This document shows, piece by piece, positions 36,101-47,399 of a stretch of DNA of 64,000 nt; the first letter of the stretch is position 1; each line of letters opens with the position of its first letter. The notes beneath the pieces are model-generated. The model was given only the letters and a program-made list of their open reading frames with translations. It searched no databases and was not told the DNA's origin. The DNA is taken from NCBI RefSeq assembly GCF_004010195.1, contig NC_057719.1:60499080-60563079 (forward strand). The letters run 5' to 3'. The position numbers were made by a program, and so were the translations under genes. Origin of the DNA: Chiloscyllium plagiosum (Eukaryota).

Positions 36101-38720
36101 ACATTCTCCAACCCTTTTTTGTTAGGCCTTACAGAAACAATTGTGTTGTCTCACCCTAGCAGGTGCATTTGCATTAATTCAATACGTAGATAATCTCCTT
36201 GTTGCCAGTTTCAATGAAGAATCTAATTGCTCTGATGTTGTTCTCCCCCTCAATTATCTGGAACACCTGGGCTATGTTTTGTCTCTCCCAAAAAGGTCTC
36301 AATTGCACAACGCCAGGTAAAGTTCCTAGGTTTCATCCTGTTGGCTGACTCACGCTCCCTTAAACAGAGCCATATTATGCCAATTGTCAACTTCCTGGTC
36401 CTGACAATTGTGAAACAGGTTTGTCAGTGATTGGGCATGGTCAACTTCTCCGACAATGGATCCCTAACGCTGTCCTCCTCATCAAGATGTTAACGCCTTT
36501 CACTTCCTACAAAGGGACCTTTGAACTTTCCTCAGAGGTAAAACAGGCCTTTGACGAACTCAAACAAGCCTTGTCACAAGTCCAGATTTGGGAAGACCTC
36601 TTTGTGACAGACCTTTCCTACTTTACTGCACTATTCTGGATGACTGTGTTTCCTCAGTTCTCACTAAACTATATGGAGATTGATACCATCCAGTTGCCGA
36701 TTTCTTTACTAAACTTGACTCTGTGGCCTTGGGACACCCCCGTTGTACTCAGATCTTTACCACTATTTATCTTAGCTTACAGTCCACAGAGAATCTCAGA
36801 CTTCAGCAGGACATTGTGGTCTACAGCTCTCATGTGGTGGTCGCCCTTTAGGACAATTGCAAACTCAACATTTGACTGCCGCTCACCAAAACCGTTATGA
36901 GGTTTACCTCCTCAACAACCCCCAACTGACCTTTAAGTGCTATATCACCATTAATCCTGCCAATTTACTTACATATCCCCCATCACCCTTATCCACTCCA
37001 GATCATGATTGCTTTCTCCTCAACAATGACGACATCCAAATTTGTCCAGATCTTTCTGACGCTCCCATCCCAGACCCTGACGTCAATATGTTCACTGATG
37101 GTAATTCTTCTATTGACCATACAGGTACTCACCTCTCAGGCTAAACGATAGTTGATGACCATGGCTCTGTCCAGAAATCAGCTTCTTTTGCGACCCTCTT
37201 TTTTGCCCAACAGGCTGAACTTCTTGCCCTGACCCGTGCCTGCGTTTTCAGTACATTTACACTGATTCCCACTATGCTTTTGGGGTTTTGCATGATCTTG
37301 ATCAGCTCTGGAAAGATAGAAGGTTTTTGACCTCTTCAGGTACTCCCATTTTTCACTGCCAGCTTGTTTCGGACCTTTTGACCGTGTTCCTGCTCCCAAC
37401 ACAGGTTTCTGTTATCAAGTGTGCTGAACATACCACTGGCCAATCCTCTGTTGAGATTGGTAACCATACTGCTGATGAGGCTGGAAAAGATGTCTCTCAC
37501 GGCCATCTTATGATTGTGCCTAAAATGATGAGCCAGACTGAAAGCTCTGACAAGGGTGAGTTGACCTCTTATAAACTAATGCCAACCAATTAGTTATCAT
37601 ACAGGGGGACGCCTCTGACTCTGAGAAGCTGCTGTGGTCCAAGGCTGGCTGTTATAGTAATCCTGTTACTAAACTCTGGACTATTCCGGCTGGTCAAATT
37701 TGTATGTGTGATGCTCTTGCCTCATGGGCTGTTAACTGTCTGCATAATGCTACTCATTGTGGTGCTCGCTCGACATCTCACCTCCTCTTAACCACCTGGT
37801 GGCACCCTCACCTCCAGCAGATGGCCCAAAGTGTCAGTGGTCGATGTCTCATCTGCCAAGAATACAACACAGGCAAGGGTGTGCCTTGCCCAGTGGGCCA
37901 GACACCCATCCCTGCAGAGCCCTTCCAGGCTCTTCAGCTTGATTTTATAGTGCTGACACCTTTGGAACTCAATAAGTATGTTTTAGTCATTGTTGATGTT
38001 TTTTTCTAGATGGATTGAAGCTTTTCCTACTTCTAATGCTACTGCCAAAACTGTTGCAAATATTCTGCTCAAGGAAATTATTGCCTGCTTTGGTATTCCC
38101 TTTTGCCTACTCTGATAATGCACCCTCCCCCACCCCCACCCCACTTTATTGGAGATATTAGTGAGGAATTATGCTCTCATTTTGGGATCCACCACCAACT
38201 TCATTGTGCTTATTGCCCACATGCTGTGGGGCTCGTAGAGCGTTGTAACCAGACTCTGGAACTAAACTTGCCAAATTGACTTCTGAGGCAGGTCTTTCCT
38301 GGGTTAGGTTGTTGCCTTTGGTATGGTTCTGCCTATGTTGCACTCCTATGGGGAAAACTCGTTTGTTACACAACCGAAATCGTCTCCGGTCGAGCTTTCC
38401 GCACACCTTGGAATGATGCTTCTTCCCCCATTCATTTCCACCACATGAGGAAATGTCATCCTATGTTCTTTCTTTAACCAAATTTTGCAAGGTCTTCACT
38501 CCCAGGTCTGTGCCACTCATAAGAAGCTCCTCTCCCTTAACAATGTTCTAACTGTCAAACCAAGTTTCTTCGTTCTCACCAAGATTTGGACACGTCGCGG
38601 CCTCCAACCTCGATGGGAGGGGCCCTTTCAGGTTCTTCTCACCAGCCTGATTGCTGTTAAGGTCACTTGGCTCTCCGCTTGAGTTCACCTTCATCATTAC
38701 AAGGTCATCGGACAAGACGC
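36101..38720 (+). pseudogene. pol: retroviral pol (RT 3' half, tether, RNase H, integrase) with frameshifts and stops
   Basis: LIQYVDNLLVAS (YVDD motif), QVKFLG, RQWIPN, INPANLL, MFTDGNSS, AQQAELLALTRAC, YTDSHYAFG, GNHTADE; integrase HNATH..CLIC, LQLDF, WIEAFP, LVERCNQTL, LQPRWEGPFQVLL (GPY/F). Confidence 0.93.
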
Positions 38721-38829
38721 TTGCAAGGGGGGAGATGATGGAGATGGAAACGATGGGGAACTGGGAGAGGAACCGGAATCAGTTGGTAACAAACCAGACT
38801 GTTAAGATACAGCTGCACATTTTGAATAG

Positions 38830-38849
38830 GAATTGTTCTTCTGTTTTAG
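38830..38849 (+). promoter_or_regulatory. putative env splice acceptor
   Basis: TTGTTCTTCTGTTTTAG about 35 nt upstream of ATG 38884. Confidence 0.5.
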
Positions 38850-39799
38850 ATATCCTAATCCTTGACCCAGAACACCCACTGTGATGAAGATCTGCCCTGT
38901 TATGTGGACTCATCGTCACCAGCATTAGTCTCAAGAAGGGATTATTTATCTGTGTGATCCTGAGCAACCAGAAACTGTGTACCATTTATGCTAAAAAGAT
39001 GTCCTTGTGTGCCAAGAGACTGATTCTTTCATTGCATGGAATGTTACCAAGAATGACTGTCACAATGGTCAACAGCATCAAGAAGATCGGACAATTCAGT
39101 TACAGGACAAGTCCCAATGGACTTTACCCTGTCAAGAAGTTTTGTGCCAGTTTGACTTCAGTTGTGATATGGGCGGCCCTGGTAAGCCTTGCCTCTATTC
39201 AAAGAGGTCTAAATCTGCATACGACAAAAGAGAAAAGGGGTAAATGCTGTCCTTCACTAACAATTTGTTTATTCAAAATCACAATAAAATAATCGACCAG
39301 GATGAAGTTGTCTGTTATGCCCTCACATCAGCAAAGGACTCTTTGACCCTTTTACCCCTCCCGAATCCTAATGACAGAATATGGAATACTTCTAAAGGCG
39401 TTCACCGGATATAATGTTTCTTTTGACTATTGCTTATCCCCACCTGCTAGCTGCTTGTGGACTTCCTCTAATAGGTTTGGGGTAGCCTATCCTAATTGTT
39501 ACAACGGTAAGGGATGGGAGTGCACTTACGTGAATGTGACTAAGACATTCCATGCGTCTTGGTCAAATGTACCAACCACTATTGCTCCCCTGTGGGGCCT
39601 CGAATCACATGCCTATGCCTATGGGAGGAGTGCATCCTTGTTATTACCAATGTTCAGGGTCTTTGTGGTATGGGTATTGGCACTCGCCTTCACTATGAGA
39701 CCCCTAACGGCACCTCCATCTTCCCAACTGTGGGATGGAAGGAACTAGTCTGGGATGATAACTGCATCTCTTACAGAAAGACCCACCTCTATTTATTGA

Positions 39800-40003
39800 T
39801 TTGGAGATGCCGGTGTTGGACTGGGGTGTACAAAGTTAAAAATCACACAACACCAGTTATAGTCCAACAGGTTTAACTGGAACTACACTAGCTTTCAGAA
39901 TGCTGCTCCTTCATCAGGTGAAGGAGCGACGCTCCAAAAGCAAGTGTGCTTTCAATTAAACCTGTTGGACTATAACCTGGTGTTGTGTGATTTTTAATTT
40001 TTT
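39800..40003. mobile_element. palindromic Penelope terminal insertion within env
   Basis: Two inverted copies of the 22433-22555 terminus joined at the hammerhead core; TSD TTTATTGA at 39792-39799 and 40004-40011. Confidence 0.85.
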
Positions 40004-40283
40004 TTTATTGAACAGCGTTCACTCTATGTGTCCAGGGTGACCATACTTCATAGCCATGGACTATTTGTTCATTCAGGGTAGTCACAAAGACAGAACTGCT
40101 TCTTCTTGGGAAGTGCCCTCCATGATCTAGACTAAACCGGTTATTATTTTTTCAGCCAAGGAAAAGCAACTAACTTCCTTATTCTTGATTAAATAGCTAC
40201 TCCCTGTGCTGTAGGGACACTTTTCCTGACTATTGTTACCTGTCTAACTATCTGGGAACGGGGTTGGGGTTTCCCTACCAAAT

Positions 40284-40430
40284 AGGTAAAAACAATGACC
40301 AGATTCTGGATCAGTGGTGCTGGAAGAGTACAGCAATTCAGGCAGCATCCGAGGACAGGCAAAATCGACGTTTCGGGCAAAAGCCCTTCATCAGGAATAA
40401 AGGCAGAGAGCCTGAAGCGTGGAGAGAGAC
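40284..40430 (-). mobile_element. Penelope terminal insertion within env, with an intact hammerhead core (40364-40398)
   Basis: Minus-strand ATTC-CTGATGA-A-GGGC tttt GCCC-GAAACGTC-GAT; 12-bp TSD TCCCTACCAAAT at 40272-40283 and 40431-40442. Confidence 0.88.
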
Positions 40431-41158
40431 TCCCTACCAAATGTTCAGTTTAATCCAAATTCTGCACACATTGGAAGAATGTGAAGGCTTAGGACAACAG
40501 TCAAGCCCATTCTTGGGGCTACGCATTTCTTAGTGTTTTTTCTTTAGGTGGATCTGCAGGAATTATTAGTCATCAAAACAGAAATTATCTTTTTTGCGGT
40601 CTCATCCTCTTGGGCAACGAGAGGACTTTGACCTTGGAGGGAGTTAAGGTCATGCTCTCAGAATTACATCTATTTTTCCAGCAAAACCAGTACTCCCTTG
40701 AGCACTTACTCGCCAAAGAGGGTGGGGTTTGCACCACAGTGAAGGGCCAGGGTATGATGGGGGTTACTGACCTCATTAAAAATGTTACCAAGCATGTAGA
40801 TAACATCTGCACTTCCGTCAATCAAATGACAGAAGGCACTGGATAGGGAGATTGGGGTTTTGGCTCATGGAACAACTGGTTGATAAATCTAGCAATGTAT
40901 ATTGGTATGATTTTAATGTGTCTCTTTGCTGGCATTGCTATCGTTAAATGTATTATTGCTAAGCTAATGAATTCTGTTGACAACATCAGTTCCCCACAGA
41001 AAATGTTCTTTCTCTGGCCTGATGAGGATGAGGAGAAGTAGTTGCCCTTCCCTGCTTCCTCCTTGGAGGAGGGGCAAGTACGGCACGCTCCAGCATCCAT
41101 TAAATTGAACTGATCTAATCTATGCCCTCCTGCCCTATGATGTGGTCATGAAATGACT

Positions 41159-41170
41159 AAAGCGGGAAGA
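41159..41170 (+). other. polypurine tract
   Basis: AAAGCGGGAAGA directly before the TG at 41171. Confidence 0.6.
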
Positions 41171-41868
41171 TGAGAATCTGAAATCTGAATACAAGTTGAG
41201 GTGACTATTTGTAGTCAAGGGCAACCGCTTAACAGATGCTTTTAATAACTTCAGTGGCAATAAGATGGCTTCTCGATGCAAGTAGCACCACAAAATAGCT
41301 TCTAGGCTGACAACTGACAATTCTGCTAAAAGCTGCATAAATGGCTTCTGGGCTGCTAACTGCTAATTCTTGAGTTGCATAGATGACTAACCACAGACTG
41401 CTGAAAAAAAGAGATTAGCAAACAATGCGCCCTTTCGAGTATACCAGTAACTCGACAAGATAAGAAAGTACTAGCTGTCCTGGCTGGCCTTCAGGTGCTG
41501 GTGTCATGGGTCGTTTCATGAGAGAAAAGTGGCTTAAGCGTTGGAACATAAAGTTGGTTCCCAAGAAATATCATTGGACGAAGTGACTGTCAATAAAACA
41601 ATATGTATTTAATGTTAATTGTTTGAATGTCTGTGTGCTCACGGATTGCACCTTCCTTTAAGAAAATTATAAAAATGCCTTTTTAAGCCTTGTGTGCAGC
41701 TCCTCTGAGGAATGCGGAAGTGCACAACCTCTGTGTTTCTGGACACTCTGTACCCAACCGTATGAAATGTAAAGAATGAAATCTTCAAAAAGCCAGGCCG
41801 ATTGTGAGTGTTTATTGACCCATCGTGGAACCGAGACACCCCTCCGGGGGTCCACATCTTTAATTTCA
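41171..41868 (+). repeat. ERV 3' LTR
   Basis: Starts TGAGAAT after the PPT and ends AATTTCA; TATAAAA near 41668; 3' boundary inferred because no 5' LTR is available for comparison. Confidence 0.65.
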
Positions 41869-42149
41869 CTGGCAGAAACACCAACAAACAAGTTATTGTT
41901 ATGTTTAGAAAGAAAAAAAAAACTGCCCATTATATTTTTACTGATGTTTCCTTTCTATTTTACAATGAAGCAACAGTGATATAGTTTCAAAGATGGTGAA
42001 TATCTTGGAAGGGAGTTTGCAAGTGGTGGTATTTGCAAGCATTTTTTTCCTTGTCCCATCTATGCAGTGGAAATCAGGAATTTGGAACAGTGCCGTCCAA
42101 AAAAAAATGTCACTGTTTTGAAATTTAATAAAAGACTGAAGGATCTGAC

Positions 42150-42440
42150 AGAGTAACTGTGCTGTTTAAAAATGAATTTTACTTAAGCTCAGAGATTGCC
42201 TTTTTCGCCAACATGCAATGAGAACATTTAAAGGCTGCAACACAAAAAAGTTATGCAGATGGAAGTGTGAGATGCCACACCCACAAAAAGGGCAGCAACC
42301 CTACAATAGGATTTTTGATTAAACATGTCAAATCTGTGATGCTTTGTTTGCAGAATTTTTTGCTGTAAGTATCATCTTTGGCAGCTGTACTTGGACAAGA
42401 CATATCATCAGTTGTACAAAGTGATTCTACAGAATTGTGA
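42150..42440 (+). pseudogene. decayed CHY/CTCHY zinc-finger-like coding remnant (RCHY1/Pirh2-like pattern)
   Basis: With frameshifts: KVMQME(C)VRCHT..TCQICDALFAEFF/CCKYHL..DKTYH/CTK*FYRI. Confidence 0.45.
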
Positions 42441-44227
42441 ACACCAGCAACAACACTATTATATGGTTTATATTCAGCTCAGAAGGAGTTGCTCAGCTAC
42501 AGTTAAACATTGTAAATAATTTCTAGCAAGAAGTTGCAACGGTATTCCCCTTGAAAAAAATCAAGATTTTATAAAGATTAAATTCTGGGAAGCAATTAAA
42601 TGCAAACTTGGAAAATTTGTAATCACCCAGAATCCATTAAAGTTCTTTGTAAGAACTTGATCCACGATTTTGGCTTTCAACAGCAAAGTATTCAAGAAGG
42701 AACATAATTATATGCATTTGCATCCAGAATCAAAAATGGAATGGAAGCAAAAGATCTGGATGCATTTAGTGAATGCATTTTGAAAAGATCAGTGTGAAAC
42801 AGCAACTCTTAATTGTGAATAGCTATAGATGCTTCTTTCCTTCAGTAACTATCAATGAGATTCAATCAACTGGCTTAATTCAGGCATTTTAAAAACATAA
42901 AATTGTTAGCAATGTAAACAGAAGTCAGAGAAATTTTTTTAAATCATTTTATTTTGAGGTCTCCAATAATAGAATTCCAGCAAAATCAGCCAGTGTGATT
43001 CCAAATAATTCCAAAAATTGGATGACTGCCTGGCTAAGAATGGGAGCAAAGATTATAAGGATAGTAACAGATCAAAAATTCTCAATATAGCCCGATGATT
43101 TCTATATGAGGGTGATAAATGATGAATTTGTCCGACTTATCAGAGTTGAATTGTTGGGTTGTAAGGTTGAAGTTTTTCTTCATTACTTTTGAGGATCAGA
43201 GTGACGTTTTACAGAGCTATGAGGCCTTGCATCTTTGACTTGTGGCTAGTTGTCTAGCTTAGGAAAACAGATTATCAAGATTGCATGTGATGTACGCAAA
43301 AGTGGGCATATTTTCCTTTTTTTCTTCATTTACTTATTATGGTCTATTATGAAACCATTTTGAAAGTAGTTCTTCATTGCAATGTGCCATTTAAAGTCTT
43401 AGTATAAACTATTAAACTCTGTGGCATTGTTTGTAGACCAAAATATAAACAAAATTCATGCCCTCACCCCTTGCTCCTATCTATAGGTGCCTGTATGGTC
43501 CTCTGCTCCAAAAAACAGAAATATATTAATACAATGAAACCTAAACATACACAAGTATCAATTTAATTTGAACACATTGCTGAAATTCATGTTATGGAAG
43601 TTCTACTTTGCTTCCATGTCAGTCAGCGCAGTTATTCAGTCCCCAGTCTGAACTCAGACATTTTGGCTGAGTTTTATCATAAAATTTGGTTAGATCAAAG
43701 AGAAGTTGAAGCAAGTTGTAATCACCCAGTGGAGTGGACCATTAGTTAATGGGCACTAAATGTTAATACACAAGTATTAATCAGAAGATAGCAGCAATGC
43801 TGAATCAAATGGCAATTTTAGTGACAATATGATTACCATAGATTCCATATCTTGCATAAAATGGACTGATTTAAAAAGCCATATTATTTTCAATTTTGCA
43901 AACTCAAACTACAAAATAATTTTTATTCTCCTTAAGATCATTAAAATACAAAAACTACAATTGTAATAAATTATTTCCAGTAAGATATCATTAACCTGTC
44001 ACAACTCATTCAGAATAAATAACTTTAATTAGAATAACTAGCAATGTAAGATATTTTGTGTAATTGCATACATTTTACGTGGTAATCTTTGAAGAAAATA
44101 CAAATTGCAAGGGCATATTGGCCTTGGATCGGTTGTGTAAAATTTGTAGTTACCATTTTTAGAAAGAAACATCTGAATTGTGAAATTTATAGAAAATATT
44201 TAGGTACTATCTAGTGGATTCTAAGTA

Positions 44228-45864
44228 CAGATAGTTCTCCTGTAGCACTGTAGTTGCAGTCCCATGCAACACCATTTTATCTAAAATTGTGCAACAGAAA
44301 TAATGGCACCTATGGGAATAACAGGGTTAGGGATGAACCACCAAAAATACTAGCAATAATTGAAACAAAAATAGTAGTTAGCCTAACACAAATGATAGCC
44401 AAGACTAAGTAAATTTTGACCTGTTGTAACTGACCTGTTGTATGGTATTGTATAGTGCAATTCATCAGAATCTGCAACTGATTACTCTCAACTGGCATCT
44501 ATACCTGCTGGCTGCACTACATTCTAGCCAGTCTTCTGTTCCCATCCAATAGTAACATTGTACAAGTCAGATCCCAGAAGGAAACCTGCCTCGATAGATC
44601 AAGGGCGGAATATTAATTTCTTTTGCTAAGTGTCAGTTTTGTCAAGTTTTTCAGAGGGTTTCACATCATGTTGCTTGGGGACTTCGATCACCTTATTATA
44701 TAAAGCCCACCTGGTTTATTACCTACCCTAGCCTTTGGTGCCCCTCTCACACATTCTAGCACTACCATACCATGTGCCATTTCCAAAACAACTCACCACT
44801 TCCTTGATATTCTAGAATTCACCAACATCCACAGTGCAGCACAATCTTTAATAAGATATTGTGCACCCAGCCAAGATCTGTAAGTCCAGAGCTGCTCTGT
44901 ATGGCTCCTGACATTGGCTGGTGATGGGGACGGGGTGATGCAGAGGCACAGGCCAACAGAGTACACCATTCTCCTGCAACCACGCAAACCTGAACCAGCG
45001 TTCAGTCCAATGCCATCTCAACCATCTGAAGGAATGCACAGAATGCAGGAAGATGATCAATGTCTTTCTCCATTCTGCCAGTGAAAGTGCCTCCATCGTC
45101 TCGCTGATATCTTACATTCACTATCTCTGCTACTGTACCCACCATTCTCCTGCAACATCTTCCCCACTCACTCTCACCCTCACTAACAAGGCCCTGACTA
45201 ACCCTGAATTTCTTCTGCACAGCTTACTCACCCCTTCAGGGCATCTCTACACATGTACCAAATATAACAGTGTGCCATCCACTTTTCTCTCCCTCACTAT
45301 CTGTACACCCTGAGCAGCTGACTAACCATCTCCATGCCCCTGTACTGGTTTATTTTTGCAGTTGGTTGCCATAGTGAATTCGTCACTGAGACAGATTCAC
45401 ATGGGTCTGCAAATATTCTTTGACATCTAAACATACTTCTTAAACAAAAAAGCTCTTAATACAAACAACAAAAGCCAAGTTTCAAACTGATTCTCAATAC
45501 TACCCTTTTACTGTTTGTCAATTCCGGTGAAAATTCACTTTTATCTCAACTCTTAAGTTTTTTTAAAAATGAACAGATTGCTCTCAGCTTCTTGTCCTCA
45601 GGCTGTAGAGACATTTTCAAGTCCACTAGCACAAGCATTTCACAATACCTTTCACGAAGCTCTTCACGAGGAAGTGCACGAGCCAACTGATCGCATGACG
45701 CTGACACAGAGTCCAGTCCTCCGTGCACTGCAACACCGAATGCTGTGGATAAGAATCACGTAACAACAAACGAAGTTCACTTTATTAAAAAAAAGTAGGC
45801 AATTCGCAAATTGTGTTACAACCAAATTGTGTTTAATGAATGTGTGTTATAGCAGAACTACCTG
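44228..45864 (-). mobile_element. Tigger/pogo-type DNA transposon, internally deleted, containing unrelated sequence
   Basis: TIRs CAGATAGTTCTCCTGTAGCAC and GTGTTATAGCAGAACTACCTG; TA on both sides; first 190 bp homologous to 60961-61150. Confidence 0.85.
44880..45085 (+). pseudogene. Myb/SANT-like remnant, probably PIF/Harbinger
   Basis: RNAQ/ECRKMINVFLHSA resembles the R..QCRK..NDL..SA pattern. Confidence 0.4.
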
Positions 45865-47399
45865 TACATCTTTTCTTTCTGGAATCCGTGGAATGAATTT
45901 CAAAGGAGAGAATTAGCACTGTTATGAACAGTGTTTTTGATGAAAAGGAATTGTCTGCTCTTGAAATGATATATTGATGTATCAGATCCATTTTCACAAG
46001 ATGTTTTTGCATTATACATACCATTCCGTAATTCATAACATTACAGACTGGAATGTAAACTTCAAGCTTCGTCATTTCAACTACTCGTTTCTACGTGATG
46101 GATACAAAAAGAGGTGATATAAAGACCATGAACTTTCCAATGCAATTGTTTGAATGGATGCAGCTTTAGTTGACTACAAAACATAGCCCATAATACTACA
46201 TTTGTACAGAAATTACTCTTAACTAAAATTAGGAAAGTGATTTAATTAACTTTAATTAACTTTTCAAAATTGATGATATCGAAAGTCTGTTTGTCTCTTT
46301 TTTTAGACCATACCTGCTTCTTAAAAGCATATACTGATTCAAAATCATTGATATAATCTTGATACAATAAAAAATAAAATGTCCCTTGAGGAATGTATTC
46401 GTGGATTAATAAATTGAGCAGCTTTACCAGCCAACTACTTTTTTCCACACTTTTTCCAGTGAATTCTGTAATATTGAAAAATAGTAATTTTCTGCAGTTT
46501 TGCTAAAATTGTAGGGGGCTTTTCTATTTTACAAATTGTGACTAAGTGTCAACAAGCTGAATGAAACTGGCATGCTTGTCAACATGCATTATGAAGATCA
46601 TAATCAATGTCAGTTCAAACATGGACACTCAGGATCTTCCTGCTAGCACCAAAACCAAAAGGTTATAGTAATAGTAAGCTCAGAGCAACCGAAACGTTGA
46701 ACAATTAAATCTTTCACCTAACTATACACAGCATGATTTAGCTATTTGTAAGAATGGATAAACCTCAGGTTAGGAGAATAAAGGTAGGCTCAAATGTTAA
46801 CAATTGAATTGTTAAAAAAACTCATTAGAAATGTAAGGTACGTACATTGAGAATATAAAGCAGAATATGAAACATAAAATGGAATGTGAAAAAGGACTCC
46901 CTTTAAGAAACCAAGGATAACATGTTGGTTTTGTTCATCAGTTGTGAGTATCATTAGTAAGACCTGTAATTATGCTTGCTGCCTGGGTGGATAAGCAGAT
47001 CGGATGAGCATACTGATTGCAGCACCATGATACAGGGAGCTATTCAAGTGGGGACCATAAATGCATTGTAGTACTGGACAGTACAGTCAGGTGGATAGAT
47101 ACCATGAGCCAAATTTTATTGGAATTTGTTTGTGTCAATTTTGCTGGGTTTCTCTACATGAGCACTCGCCAGATTTCTCATATCATCTTCCCAAACTCAC
47201 ATGATAATGCACCATGCCACTGTAGTGTCCCACTCATCACCTCATCCCACTTACCATAGTCAGAAGTACTCACCACTCACAGGATGCTCTGTGCTGCAGT
47301 CATATTTTTAATGCAAAAGTGCACCAAGTAAAGCTCTGCAAACTGCCTTGCACAGTTCCTAATATTTGGACCAGACATTTTGGACACCCTGCTTTGTCA

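Larger units (their letters stand above)
38884..41041 (+). pseudogene. env: retroviral env with a filovirus/reptarenavirus GP2-like TM; stops, frameshifts and two Penelope insertions
   Basis: Signal-like SALLCGLIVTSIS, Cys-rich SU with sequons, PGYYFF..CAVGTL, ISD-like QQNQYSLEHLLAKEGGVC, Trp-rich WGFGSWNNW, TM helix LINLAMYIGMILMCLFAGIAIV. Confidence 0.88.
36101..41868 (+). mobile_element. endogenous retrovirus (class I-like pol, env, 3' LTR); gag and 5' LTR not visible
   Basis: Ordered RT, RNase H, integrase, env, PPT and a TG..CA LTR. Confidence 0.92.

Noticed and set aside
40433..41041. Endogenous filovirus or arenavirus element
   Set aside because: The glycoprotein sits between a retroviral integrase and a PPT/LTR, and no NP, VP35 or L remnants are visible, so it is a retroviral env
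38884..41041. Domesticated syncytin-like env gene
   Set aside because: Multiple stops, frameshifts and two insertions; this copy cannot encode a full protein
43135..43165. Discoidin (F5/8 type C) domain suggested by IRVELLGC
   Set aside because: The upstream AR.(V/I)R..P..W motif and the rest of the domain are not recognisable; the match is too short
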